Of a stretch of 40,758 bases of DNA, positions 28,535 to 37,594 are shown piece by piece; within the stretch, counting starts at the first letter, position 1, and every line of letters starts with the position of its first letter. Both the position numbers and the translations under genes were made by a program. This DNA comes from a virus: UHGV virus genome UHGV-0121884. One strand, given 5' to 3'. The notes beneath the pieces were generated by a model. It saw only the letters and a list, made by a program, of their open reading frames with translations. It did no database searches and was not told the origin of the DNA.

Positions 28535-29986
28535 ATGGCTACGTGGCAACAGGGTATTAATTCTGGTGGTTTTCTGGCTGGAATTGGTGCGCAAAATGAG
28601 AATGCGCCAAAGGCAAGCGACATTAACGCAACGCTTGGTCTGATTCGCGAAAACAATGAACTGGCTCGATCAGGTGCAAATAACGTTGGTCTGACCGCGT
28701 TACGTGGTCTGGCTGGAGTTGCTGATATTTATAAGCAGCAGCAACAGCAGGAGCGTAAAGCGGCATTCCAGAAAGGTTATGCGGATGCTTATGCGTCCGG
28801 CGACAGGGAGCAGATGCGTAATCTTATTACAGCATTCCCCGAAGAGTTTGAGGAAGTCCGTAAAGGCATGGGGTATGTCGATGACGCCCAGCGGAATGAT
28901 TTTGGCAATCTGGCGCTCAAGGCTCAGGTAGCTTCGTCGCTTGGTCCGGGTGCATTTGGCAGGTTCATGATGGATAACGAAAAGGAGATGCGTCGTTTAG
29001 GTATCCCTCCAGAAACTATTGCGGAAATGCAGGTTAATGACCCGCAGGGCTTCCAGCACTTCGCAGGTAATCTGGCACTATTTTCTCTCGGTCATGAGAA
29101 GTATTTCGATATCAAAGATCAAATGGAAGGTCGGGATATTGAGCGTGGCAAGTTGGCAGAGACGATTCGCAGCAATAAAGCTGGGGAAGGTTTAAAGGCG
29201 CAAAGCATTGCTGTTAGCCGTGAAAACTCCCTGCGCACTGCTGGAGGTGCTGTTCCTGCATCTGTTAAAGAATATCAATATTTCAACAGCCTGTCTCCAG
29301 AGCAACAAAAGACATATCTTCGTGTTCGAGGCCGTCCTGGTGCTGGCGGGGAGAATGTTGTGCAACTGGCAGATGGCAGAACGGTAACGGTTGGTAGGAA
29401 GCTTCACGGCGCTGGTGCTAACGCGTTCTACGAAGGAATAGACAACGAGGGCAATATGATTCGCGTCCCCGCCAGTTCTATTGCTGCTCCGGCTACATCG
29501 GCAGCTAATGCACAGAATTACGAAATGAAGAAAGATCTTGATGCAATTTCTGGCGCATCAATTGACGATCTTGGCTTCATGACAGGTATTACAGGTTCTT
29601 CAGGTTCTTTTGCTCTTGGTGCAGATATTCGTAGCCGGGCATCTGGTGTTGAGGAGAGGAGGCTATACAACGCTGCACAGCGAATCATGGGCAAAATGCA
29701 AAATCAGGGGATTGCAGCAGCCCGAGATATGGGGGCATCTGGCATCAACACCGAAGCAGAGGCCAATAGGTATTTTCAGGGTATGCCAAAGCCTGATTTC
29801 TCAAGTCCTGAAGCGCTGCAACAATCAATGCGCGACATTCAGCAATATACCGACAATTACAACCAGCAATATAACGTTAATGTTGGTAATAGCGGGAAGA
29901 AATCATCAAGGCAACAGCCAGCTACTCAGCAATCAGCAGGAGGTAGCTACACGTCAAAATCAGGCATTCAATTTACGGTGGAATGA
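28535..29986 (+). CDS. ejection protein gp20
   Basis: 483 aa in gp20 position. Confidence 0.7.
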   Translation: MATWQQGINSGGFLAGIGAQNENAPKASDINATLGLIRENNELARSGANNVGLTALRGLAGVADIYKQQQQQERKAAFQKGYADAYASGDREQMRNLITAFPEEFEEVRKGMGYVDDAQRNDFGNLALKAQVASSLGPGAFGRFMMDNEKEMRRLGIPPETIAEMQVNDPQGFQHFAGNLALFSLGHEKYFDIKDQMEGRDIERGKLAETIRSNKAGEGLKAQSIAVSRENSLRTAGGAVPASVKEYQYFNSLSPEQQKTYLRVRGRPGAGGENVVQLADGRTVTVGRKLHGAGANAFYEGIDNEGNMIRVPASSIAAPATSAANAQNYEMKKDLDAISGASIDDLGFMTGITGSSGSFALGADIRSRASGVEERRLYNAAQRIMGKMQNQGIAAARDMGASGINTEAEANRYFQGMPKPDFSSPEALQQSMRDIQQYTDNYNQQYNVNVGNSGKKSSRQQPATQQSAGGSYTSKSGIQFTVE

Positions 29987-31998
29987 TGAAAGTAACTGCA
30001 AATGGTAAGACATTTACCTTTCCTGATGGTACGAGCACGGAAGATATTGGGGCCGCCATTGATGAGTATTTTGCTGGTCAGTCAGCGCCAACACAACAAG
30101 GTGTTCAGCAATCGCCAGCAGACAACTCACTTGCATCAGGATATGCACAGCTTGCCACTCAGCAGAAGGAAGGACTAGATCGCTCTGCTGAGCAAGGGGC
30201 TGTTTTAGGTGCTGCAATGCGCGATGCCGTTACCGGTGAAAGCCGAATGACACCAGAAATGGAGAGACTGCAAAATGTTGGGGCTGCCCCTGAGTTGAAC
30301 TCACTAAGCATGGATGCCCTGAAGGCTGGATGGTCTCAACTTTTCGGCTCCGACGCGTCTCAGGAAAAGATTCTTCAGAGCATGGGGGCGAAATTAAGGC
30401 AGGATGAGAAGGGTAACACTATCGTTTCCCTGCCATCCGGTGATTATGCCCTGAACAAGCCAGGTTTATCACCGCAAGACCTGACTTCGTTTCTTGCTAA
30501 TGCGTTAGCGTTCACACCAGCGGGCAGGGCTGGAACGGTGCTTGGTGCCATAGGGAAATCAGCTGCTACAGATTTAGCACTACAGGGTGGCACCAGCCTT
30601 GCTGGCGGAGAAGATATTGATCCTGCACAAACGGTAATTTCTGCTGGCATTGGTGGTGTTGGCAAGGGGCTGGAAAATACAGTTAGTGCGGTTTCCAGGG
30701 CTGTTCGCGGTGAGATGTCACCGGAAGCAAAGGCTGCTGTCGATTTTGCGTCGGAAAGAAACCTGCCGTTAATGACCAGTGACACACTGAAAGATAAAAC
30801 CTTTATGCAGGGGCAGACCCAAACATTAGGCGAAAGAGTTCCTTTTTTTGGAACCGGTAAGAACCGACTGAATCAACAACAAGCACGAGAAAATTTAGTC
30901 AGAACATTTAGCGATGGTCTGGGGGGAATTTCAGATAAACAGCTTTATGAGTCTGCGACTAAAGGGCAGCAAAAATTCATTGAGGCAGCAGGAAAGCGAT
31001 ATAACCGCATAATTGACGCTATGGGGGATACCCCTGTCGATCTCTCAAACACGGTAAAAGCTATCGACAATCAGATTGCCGTGTTAAGCCGCCCGGGCAA
31101 ATCTCAGGATAGAGCCGCGGTAAAAGTCTTGCAGCAATTTAAAGACGATATCACCAGCGGACCCAATGACCTGCGTCTGGCGAGGGAAAACAGAACCGAT
31201 CTTCGAAAGCGATTTATGGCGTCATCTGACACTGTTGATAAAGATACGCTCCAGAAAGCCAGCGATATTGTCTACAAGGCATATACAGCGGATATGAAAA
31301 AAGCAGTATCCCAAAAACTAGGCTCAGAAGAAGCTGCCAATATGTCTAGGGTTGATCGCTCATGGGCTAGATTCAATGACATGATGGGAAGAACGCGCGT
31401 TCAAAAGGCAATAGCCAGCGGCAAGGCTACACCTGAGGATGTAACAAAACTCGTTTTTAGCCAAAACCCATCAGAACGTTCTCAGCTTTACAGGCTTCTG
31501 GATGACAATGGTAGGCAAAACGCACGAGCAGCCATAGTTCAGAATGCTGTAGATAAGGCGACTGATCCGTCTGGAAATATTAGTGTTGAAAAGTTTATTA
31601 ATGCGTTACACCGGAACAGGAAGCAATCAGCAACTTTCTTTAAAGGCGTACATGGAAAGGAACTGGACGGCGTTATTAAATACCTCAACGATACAAGACA
31701 CGCGGCAAAAGCGAACGTTCAAAACTTAAATGGTCAGCAGCTTTATGGATTGTTAGTTGGTGGTGGCATCATAAACGCAGCAGTATTAGCGGGGATGCTA
31801 AAAACGGCTGCGTTTGTTGTTCCTGCTGCTGGTGTCGTAGGAGGAGCAGCGAAGGCATACGAAAGCCCTGTTATACGAAATGCCTTGTTACGTCTGGCAA
31901 ATACGCCAAAAGGTAGCACAGCATATGACAGAGCGATCAGTACGGTCACACAATCGCTCACCAGAGTCGCACAGGCATCACAAAAAGAAGCTCAATAA
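29983..31998 (+). CDS. ejection protein gp16
   Basis: 671 aa in gp16 position; overlaps gp20 stop. Confidence 0.7.
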   Translation: MMKVTANGKTFTFPDGTSTEDIGAAIDEYFAGQSAPTQQGVQQSPADNSLASGYAQLATQQKEGLDRSAEQGAVLGAAMRDAVTGESRMTPEMERLQNVGAAPELNSLSMDALKAGWSQLFGSDASQEKILQSMGAKLRQDEKGNTIVSLPSGDYALNKPGLSPQDLTSFLANALAFTPAGRAGTVLGAIGKSAATDLALQGGTSLAGGEDIDPAQTVISAGIGGVGKGLENTVSAVSRAVRGEMSPEAKAAVDFASERNLPLMTSDTLKDKTFMQGQTQTLGERVPFFGTGKNRLNQQQARENLVRTFSDGLGGISDKQLYESATKGQQKFIEAAGKRYNRIIDAMGDTPVDLSNTVKAIDNQIAVLSRPGKSQDRAAVKVLQQFKDDITSGPNDLRLARENRTDLRKRFMASSDTVDKDTLQKASDIVYKAYTADMKKAVSQKLGSEEAANMSRVDRSWARFNDMMGRTRVQKAIASGKATPEDVTKLVFSQNPSERSQLYRLLDDNGRQNARAAIVQNAVDKATDPSGNISVEKFINALHRNRKQSATFFKGVHGKELDGVIKYLNDTRHAAKANVQNLNGQQLYGLLVGGGIINAAVLAGMLKTAAFVVPAAGVVGGAAKAYESPVIRNALLRLANTPKGSTAYDRAISTVTQSLTRVAQASQKEAQ

Positions 31999-32015
31999 CT
32001 GGCAGCCACGGATGG

Positions 32016-32366
32016 CTAATTTTTATTCTTTGATCTCGTCCACAGGGAAAGAAGAGCAATGGCAAGACAGGAAACAGAGAATAGATAACCTACCTCATAT
32101 GGTGCGCCAAAAAAATTAGCTATTGATACGGGCAAAAAAGCCGAAGCGATCAGAATTGAAAGGCAAAAAATAAGCCCAGTAACATAGTTTATTAAACTCT
32201 TAAATGAGAAACGTTTTGCTTGATTTACGGTCTCAGCGAGTGATCGCTTAACGATGGATAAAAGCAAATAGATGGCGACAGTAGCTAATGCCCCTTTCCA
32301 CCAGTCTGGATATAGTTTTGCGACAATCAGCCCAAGGAAAACCATGATGACAGACTGAGTATTCAC
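32016..32366 (-). CDS. small integral membrane protein (about 4 TM), immI-region accessory
   Basis: GTG start with AGGAGG 5 nt upstream; hydrophobic helices throughout; occupies the position where P22 carries sieA. Confidence 0.45.
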   Translation of the reverse strand: MNTQSVIMVFLGLIVAKLYPDWWKGALATVAIYLLLSIVKRSLAETVNQAKRFSFKSLINYVTGLIFCLSILIASAFLPVSIANFFGAPYEVGYLFSVSCLAIALLSLWTRSKNKN

Positions 32367-32450
32367 ACCAACCTCCTTAGTTTTGTGCAGGATACCATGT
32401 GACTCAAGGGAGCGCAGCCTACCCGGGTTGGTTAAGTGATTTTGTGCTTA

Positions 32451-33311
32451 TTACTTGTCTGGTGAGTGTTTATAACGGGCCTGTGAAAGGCTGTAGTTAG
32501 CAAATTTCTCAAGGCGCTCAGCAATTTCATCTAGTCGCTTAAGACGTTCGTCAAAGGGTGTATTCTTGTCAAATTTTGCATTTGACCAAAAATCTTGGCT
32601 AACCTTGTGTGCTTCTTCAACCAGTTTCTCTACTTCGCTATGCGGCATTGGAGAGATAAGTTTTTCCCTCTTTATTCGGAACTGAGAATGAATAGCCACG
32701 CCAACAACCTCGATAAAATCAGGTTGGAACATAGGGTATAAAGGGTTAAGTGGCTTAAGGTAGATTTGGCGCTGATCCAGTATAAGCTGCTTAAATGTAG
32801 CCTCAGAATCATCATTCAGCACACACATCACAAAGTCACCAGAAACAGCCTCTAGCGATGAATCGAAAGTTACGATTGTTCCAGGAGGAAAGCTAATCCC
32901 ATCACCGGAAGACATGGAGTCTCCTTGTATTTCAACGGCAAAACAGTATTCATTGGCTTCAGGAGGGGCTGGAATAAAGTCCTTTATAGCAGCAGTCTTT
33001 AGTAAATCATCTAGCGATTCAAATCTTGCCTGTACGTGTGTTAGCACAGGAATCTCGCGCACAGTAACAGTTCTCTTGACACTGCTAACGTCAGGGCCAT
33101 CTCCTTTCCCTTGCGTAAGCCATTCAGTGGTAGTTCCCAATGCAGCCGCAAGGTTTTGAAGTGCCTTTTCTCTTGGCTTGGCTTCCCCGCCCTCGTAAGC
33201 AGCGATCTGTCTGGATACCACGCCTACTTTCTTAGCAAGCTCGGATTGAGTCAAACCGATGGAGTTGCGCGCTATGGCAACTCGTTTAGAAAAAGAATCA
33301 TCAAAACTCAT
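32451..33311 (-). CDS. CI/LexA-like HTH-S24 protein with Ala-Arg at the cleavage position and a C-terminal extension
   Basis: 286 aa; XRE HTH (IGLTQSELAKKVGVVSRQIAAYE), S24 motifs GDSMS and TFKQL; region PVLTHVQARFESL aligns to C2 [13 protein letters not shown] but has AR instead of AG; about 70 extra helical residues at C-terminus. Confidence 0.6.
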   Translation of the reverse strand: MSFDDSFSKRVAIARNSIGLTQSELAKKVGVVSRQIAAYEGGEAKPREKALQNLAAALGTTTEWLTQGKGDGPDVSSVKRTVTVREIPVLTHVQARFESLDDLLKTAAIKDFIPAPPEANEYCFAVEIQGDSMSSGDGISFPPGTIVTFDSSLEAVSGDFVMCVLNDDSEATFKQLILDQRQIYLKPLNPLYPMFQPDFIEVVGVAIHSQFRIKREKLISPMPHSEVEKLVEEAHKVSQDFWSNAKFDKNTPFDERLKRLDEIAERLEKFANYSLSQARYKHSPDK

Positions 33312-33408
33312 ATTTGCACCTTAAAAAATCATTGACTCAATATTAGTCTGGTACTAACCTAATGTTGAAGATTGAGCAATTGAATAACAAAACTACATGA
33401 GGTGAATA

Positions 33409-33582
33409 ATGGAACAGAAGAAAAAAGATATCAAGCCTATCTCCTACCGCCCAAGTGCTGAAGTGCGTGAGTTTTTGGAAAGTAACGCAGCTAAAAGCTA
33501 CCGCTCGACTCAGGGGATGATCGATTTCTTTATGGCTAAGGTCATGGATATGGAGAAGAAAGGTGAAATTATCATCCATTAA
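33409..33582 (+). CDS. small ribbon-helix-helix-like protein (57 aa)
   Basis: ATG 33409 with GAGGTG upstream; PISYRPSAEVREFLESNA resembles Arc/Mnt-type beta-strand/helix; divergent from the HTH-S24 gene. Confidence 0.35.
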   Translation: MEQKKKDIKPISYRPSAEVREFLESNAAKSYRSTQGMIDFFMAKVMDMEKKGEIIIH

Positions 33583-34294
33583 AAACGTTGAAGCCCAACG
33601 GTGGCTAGACCGTCAGGCTTCGGTATCGAACAAATCCTACGACGGAAATATCGATATGAATATTGTAGCAAAATCAGATTACAACTTCCAAGGATTCACC
33701 TTTAACCCAGTAACAGAGGGCGGGTCTATCTGGTTTACCTCCACCGAACTAGCTAAGGCTCTCGGCTATAAAAAAACTGATGCCATCAGCCAAATTTATG
33801 CCCGTAATGCTGATGAGTTTTCCGACTCAATGTCATTGACCCTCAATATGAGTGTCAACGGGATAAACAATAGCTTACGTAACAAATCGGTCAGAGTTTA
33901 CTCACTCCGAGGCGCTCACTTGGTGGCGATGTTTGCTTCTACGCCCAAGGCCAAAGAGTTCCGCCGTTGGGTGCTGGATATTTTGGATCGTGAAGCCACG
34001 GATTCACCGATCGCCAAACAGTTCACAGATGATGAGTTAATCAGCCTTTGCTATCTCCAGCTCTGGATGGAAAAGAGCCAGCGGGTTAGCCAGCAACTTT
34101 ACCCGGCAATGAAACAGGCTAAGTCAGAATACGCAGGGATGCTATACGACATCGCCCACGACATTCGTTATATGACTGTGGAAACCAAGAAGATCCTGCT
34201 TCGTGAAGTACAGGAACTGGATAACAGCAATATTGTCGTGAAGCATGCGCAGCCAATGTTGGCAATGCTTCGCGGTGAGGAATGGATTCACTGA
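33563..34294 (+). CDS. Bro-N domain antirepressor-like protein
   Basis: IWFTSTELAKALGYKKTDAISQIYARN...VRVYSLRGAHLVAMFASTPKAKEFRRWV fits Bro-N; start uncertain (GTG 33563 or ATG 33656). Confidence 0.5.
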   Translation: MKLSSIKNVEAQRWLDRQASVSNKSYDGNIDMNIVAKSDYNFQGFTFNPVTEGGSIWFTSTELAKALGYKKTDAISQIYARNADEFSDSMSLTLNMSVNGINNSLRNKSVRVYSLRGAHLVAMFASTPKAKEFRRWVLDILDREATDSPIAKQFTDDELISLCYLQLWMEKSQRVSQQLYPAMKQAKSEYAGMLYDIAHDIRYMTVETKKILLREVQELDNSNIVVKHAQPMLAMLRGEEWIH

Positions 34295-34378
34295 TTGACG
34301 CACAGGACGGTGCAAAAAGAAAAGCCGACAGTTACGAGCTACCGGCTTTCATTGAAACTTGTCATAAGGGTCCAACCA

Positions 34379-35152
34379 ATGACTTTATTAAATTTAGCAG
34401 TTCATGAGCCAAATGTCGATCCCCAGCCGCTTCCAGTGATTGAATGGGAGGGTTTACGTGTTGTTACGACTGAAACGCTGGCTTCAGGTTATGGTACGGA
34501 TGAGGCTAACATTCGGAAAAACCTGTCACGCAATGCTGGACGCTTCATTGAAGGAATTCACATCTTCACTATTAAAGGCCAAGAGTTGAAGAATTTGCGA
34601 GTGACTAATAGTCACGCACAAATTTCGAACAAAGCTCGTTCAATTGTTTTGTGGACGGAGAAGGGCGCAGCGCGGATGTCGAAAATTGTCGATACAGACG
34701 AAGCATGGTCTTTCTTCGAACGGTTGGAAAATGCTTACTTCCGTCCCTTGGTAAAAAGCATCCTACCGCAGACATACGAGCAGGCTCTGGAAGATTTACT
34801 TCTAAAGGTCAAAGAGAATCGGCTTCTTGAGCAACAGCGCGACAGAGCGGTAAAAGAAAAGTTGTGGATTGCAGCAAAACGCGAAGCTACAGCAATGGCT
34901 ACCGCATCAGCAGCCGTCCGCGCCAAAAACAAATTAGCTGAACGGGTAGGGGAAGGAAAGAACTACGCCGCCATTATCCCGGTAGAAAAGAAGCTGGGGC
35001 AGAAATTCAAATGGCAGCCTCTTCGCAAGTGGTGCCGGGAGAATGACGTCACCCCACATGATGTCAACGACCCACGCTTTGGCTCAGTTAAGTCATGGCC
35101 TCGCGATGCTTGGCTTGCTGTGTATGGCGTAGATCTTCGAAAACTTTTTTAA
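34379..35152 (+). CDS. ORF6N/KilAC-type antirepressor-like protein
   Basis: N-terminal LPVIEWEGLRVVTTETLASGYGTDEANIRKNLSRNAGRFIEGIHIF fits ORF6N domain; start set at ATG 34379 (ORF track uses TTG 34295). Confidence 0.5.
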   Translation: MTLLNLAVHEPNVDPQPLPVIEWEGLRVVTTETLASGYGTDEANIRKNLSRNAGRFIEGIHIFTIKGQELKNLRVTNSHAQISNKARSIVLWTEKGAARMSKIVDTDEAWSFFERLENAYFRPLVKSILPQTYEQALEDLLLKVKENRLLEQQRDRAVKEKLWIAAKREATAMATASAAVRAKNKLAERVGEGKNYAAIIPVEKKLGQKFKWQPLRKWCRENDVTPHDVNDPRFGSVKSWPRDAWLAVYGVDLRKLF

Positions 35153-35177
35153 CCAAAAGGATAGATTATTGCTAATC

Positions 35178-35203
35178 AAACCCGCTTAATCGCGGGTTTT
35201 TTA
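35178..35203. terminator. bidirectional rho-independent terminator between convergent genes
   Basis: AAACCCGC-TTAATC-GCGGGTTT flanked by A/T runs on both sides. Confidence 0.5.
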
Positions 35204-35227
35204 TAAGGAGTATTCATGATTTACCCA

Positions 35228-35764
35228 TCAAACAACCCACCAGTTTGCCTGATTGGATGCCAGCCTTGCGGTTTTTATGGAATTAATTATGCCATGCTCA
35301 AGAGCCTTGTTAGCATCCAAAATGGTCGAGTCTGCTATCAGGGATGCCCACCTAATATGGGTTCCGATGTCGATATTGAACGTCTCAACGAAGCGATCAA
35401 GATCGTTATCGAGGCATTTCCCGTACTCTCTCAATCTGGCATGGTCGGCGGCTGGGGAGGCAAAGCACCATAATAGAGGATGTAACAGGAATCTTGATAA
35501 TGGGTTTGCGAAACGTTCTGAGCCAGCCAGGAAAACGATATTAGCTATGGATTCAACATTGCTTATGTTGTGAGTTCTAACGGTAACAGGGAGTGACTTA
35601 AGAAAGTTATACGCAGTAAAGCCAGCGGCAGTTTCCCCTCCCTGACTTGATATATGGATATTTAATTCAGTTGCGCCTTGAGATAATGCGGTGAGACAGT
35701 GGTTCTGAAGTTGCCCAACAGTGGCAGTGTTAACGGGGCATAAGAAATGAATTGTGTGCAGCAT
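35228..35764 (-). CDS. ClpP-fold serine protease homolog (178 aa), translationally coupled to mnt
   Basis: Aligns to ClpP core: ISSQGGETAAGFTAYNFL vs INSPGGVITAGMSIYDTM; ESIANIVFLAGSERFANPLSRFLLHPL vs [29 protein letters not shown] (candidate catalytic Ser and His retained); start ATG overlaps mnt stop (TAATG). Confidence 0.6.
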   Translation of the reverse strand: MLHTIHFLCPVNTATVGQLQNHCLTALSQGATELNIHISSQGGETAAGFTAYNFLKSLPVTVRTHNISNVESIANIVFLAGSERFANPLSRFLLHPLLWCFASPAADHARLREYGKCLDNDLDRFVETFNIDIGTHIRWASLIADSTILDANKALEHGIINSIKTARLASNQANWWVV

Positions 35765-36018
35765 TATTTATCATCCTTGCCATAAATCTTTTTAAGTGTC
35801 TCAAACACAACGGCCTTGAACTGCTCTGCTTGCTGATCAGCCAAGCGTTCAGCTTCGTCTCGATAGCCTGCAATCGGTGATGGCTTTGAGAGAGCATCCT
35901 GAACGATTTGTAATAACTCAGAGTTCATTGACCTTCCGTTAGCCTCTGCTCTTAATTTCAATTTTTCTCTTACTTCCAAAGGCATACGGAAGTTAAAGTG
36001 CGGATCGTTTCTAGCCAT
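35764..36018 (-). CDS. mnt: Mnt repressor (ribbon-helix-helix)
   Basis: 84 aa; MARNDPHFNFRMPLEVREKLKLRAEANGRSMNSELLQIVQDALSKPSP closely matches P22 Mnt. Confidence 0.85.
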   Translation of the reverse strand: MARNDPHFNFRMPLEVREKLKLRAEANGRSMNSELLQIVQDALSKPSPIAGYRDEAERLADQQAEQFKAVVFETLKKIYGKDDK

Positions 36019-36045
36019 GCCATCACCCCAAGTTAGTGTATTGAC

Positions 36046-36066
36046 ATGATAGAAGCACTCTACTAT
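36046..36066. promoter_or_regulatory. arc operator (Oarc) overlapping Pant
   Basis: ATGATAGAAGCACTCTACTAT, the P22 Arc operator; TTGACA at 36041-36046 serves as -35. Confidence 0.6.
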
Positions 36067-36074
36067 ATTCTCAA

Positions 36075-36093
36075 TAGGTCCACGGTGGACCTA
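36075..36093. promoter_or_regulatory. mnt operator (Omnt)
   Basis: Perfect palindrome TAGGTCCACGGTGGACCTA, the P22 Mnt operator. Confidence 0.6.
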
Positions 36094-36108
36094 TATTGTG
36101 AGGTAAAT

Positions 36109-36267
36109 ATGAAAGGAATGAGCAAAATGCCGCAGTTCAATTTGCGGTGGCCTAAAGAAGTATTGGATTTGGTGCGTAAGGTGGCGGAAGAGAACGGGCG
36201 ATCTGTTAACTCTGAGATTTACAAGCGAGTGTTGGACAGCCTGAAGAGAGAGGGGATAACGGTATGA
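36109..36267 (+). CDS. arc: Arc repressor (ribbon-helix-helix)
   Basis: MKGMSKMPQFNLRWPKEVLDLVRKVAEENGRSVNSEIYKRVLDSLKREGITV closely matches P22 Arc; ORF-track upstream extension judged non-coding. Confidence 0.85.
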   Translation: MKGMSKMPQFNLRWPKEVLDLVRKVAEENGRSVNSEIYKRVLDSLKREGITV

Positions 36268-36485
36268 GGTTTATTGAGGTTGATGAGATTGGCTATGAGA
36301 ATGCACTTGGTAGAGGTAAATCTTTAGTTAACATTGATGGCATTGAATCGATAAGGAGTGGTGAATTTACGGAGATCAGAATGATGTCAGGCGGAATCAT
36401 TCCTTGCCGTGATTCAGTAGAGTCAATCAAATCAAAAATGAGTGGTCAGTGGCTTTATAGCTACAGTGACTTACAAAAACAGTGA
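36264..36485 (+). CDS. hypothetical protein (73 aa) between arc and ant
   Basis: ATG overlaps arc stop (ATGA); followed by hairpin GAAGCCC..GGGCTTC (36485-36520). Confidence 0.4.
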   Translation: MRFIEVDEIGYENALGRGKSLVNIDGIESIRSGEFTEIRMMSGGIIPCRDSVESIKSKMSGQWLYSYSDLQKQ

Positions 36486-36548
36486 AGCCCCAACTGCGGT
36501 AACAGTCAGGGCTTCGGTATCGTAAAACCACGCATAGGAATTAACGAC

Positions 36549-37472
36549 ATGACGAGTGTAGCAATTGCAGAACATACAATCAACGTTCCATTCCACGGAA
36601 CAAATCTCTTTTTGGTCAGCATTAACAATGAACCTTACGTTCCTATGAAACCCGTTGTAGAAGGCATGGGTATGGTTTGGGCTGCTCAATTTGTTAAATT
36701 AAAACAGAGATTTGTCAAAGGTATTTCGGAAATCGAAATACCTTCTGCTGGCGGTAAACAGTTAATGATATGCCTTGCCTTTCGTAAGTTTGCGGCTTGG
36801 CTTTCAAGCATTCAGCCAAACAAAGTCCGTCCTGAAATCCGCGACAAGGTAATCCAGTATCAGGAAGAGTGTGACGATGTGCTATACGAGTACTGGACTA
36901 AAGGTCATGTAGTTAACCCACGCAAAGCTAAAAAGGCGTTGCCGGGTAAAATCACCACTGAACAGCAGGAAGCCATTAAACAACTCGTCATGAGTCGCGG
37001 TCAGTCTCTGCCAAAAGAAAAACAGGCTAAGGCGATGATCACCATGTGGTCCTCACTGAAATCCCATTTTGGATGTTCGTACAAAGAAATCAGTGAGGAG
37101 CAGTTCACCGAAGCACTGTCACTTGCAGCTCGAGTTCCACTTGAAGGTGAGTTCATTGGCAAACAAGAAGAGTTACCAGCGCCAAAACTGGATATTAACT
37201 TCCCGATTTCATGGTTTGCTGAAAATGCACCTTACGCCATTATCAGGCAGCAATGCGGTGATACTGTTGCTCTTGACCGCAGCGCACTCGTTGAATGCAG
37301 TCCGGCGTATAAACTAATCAATATTCTGACAAAAGCGGGGTATGACGTTTCAGCAGTAAGAGCTGAACTAAAAGCACTTCGCCATTTAATGGCTGAGCAA
37401 AGCTGGGCACTTAAAGAGATAGCTTCATTCGCAGCGATACGTGATAGAGCGTGCCACTCAATAAAACTTTAA
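36549..37472 (+). CDS. ant: antirepressor Ant
   Basis: 307 aa downstream of arc as in P22 immI; N-terminal AntA-like region NVPFHGTNLFLVSINNEPYVPMKPVVEGMGMVW. Confidence 0.65.
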   Translation: MTSVAIAEHTINVPFHGTNLFLVSINNEPYVPMKPVVEGMGMVWAAQFVKLKQRFVKGISEIEIPSAGGKQLMICLAFRKFAAWLSSIQPNKVRPEIRDKVIQYQEECDDVLYEYWTKGHVVNPRKAKKALPGKITTEQQEAIKQLVMSRGQSLPKEKQAKAMITMWSSLKSHFGCSYKEISEEQFTEALSLAARVPLEGEFIGKQEELPAPKLDINFPISWFAENAPYAIIRQQCGDTVALDRSALVECSPAYKLINILTKAGYDVSAVRAELKALRHLMAEQSWALKEIASFAAIRDRACHSIKL

Positions 37473-37512
37473 CTACCTGCACGAAAAGTGTAGGTCAATA
37501 ACCAACGCAACG

Positions 37513-37537
37513 ACCCAGCTTCGGCTGGGTTTTTTTA
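37513..37537 (+). terminator. rho-independent terminator after ant
   Basis: ACCCAGC-TTCG-GCTGGGT followed by T7. Confidence 0.6.
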
Positions 37538-37594
37538 TGCCCAAAATTCACCGTAGCCATGCTTCGGCGATTCCTTGTATCTGGAGCAAATTAA

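Noticed and set aside
32914-33579. Overlapping ORFs 32914-33159 (+), 33111-33335 (+), 33343-33579 (-)
   Set aside because: They are antisense to or overlap the better-supported HTH-S24 and RHH/Bro-N genes and lack RBS or domain signatures.
35216-35573. Plus-strand ORFs (35216-35473, 35253-35573) with an apparently good AAGGAG-ATG start
   Set aside because: They are antisense to the ClpP-like ORF, which shows block-wise similarity to a known protease fold; the AAGGAG sits on the flank of the bidirectional terminator and is probably fortuitous.
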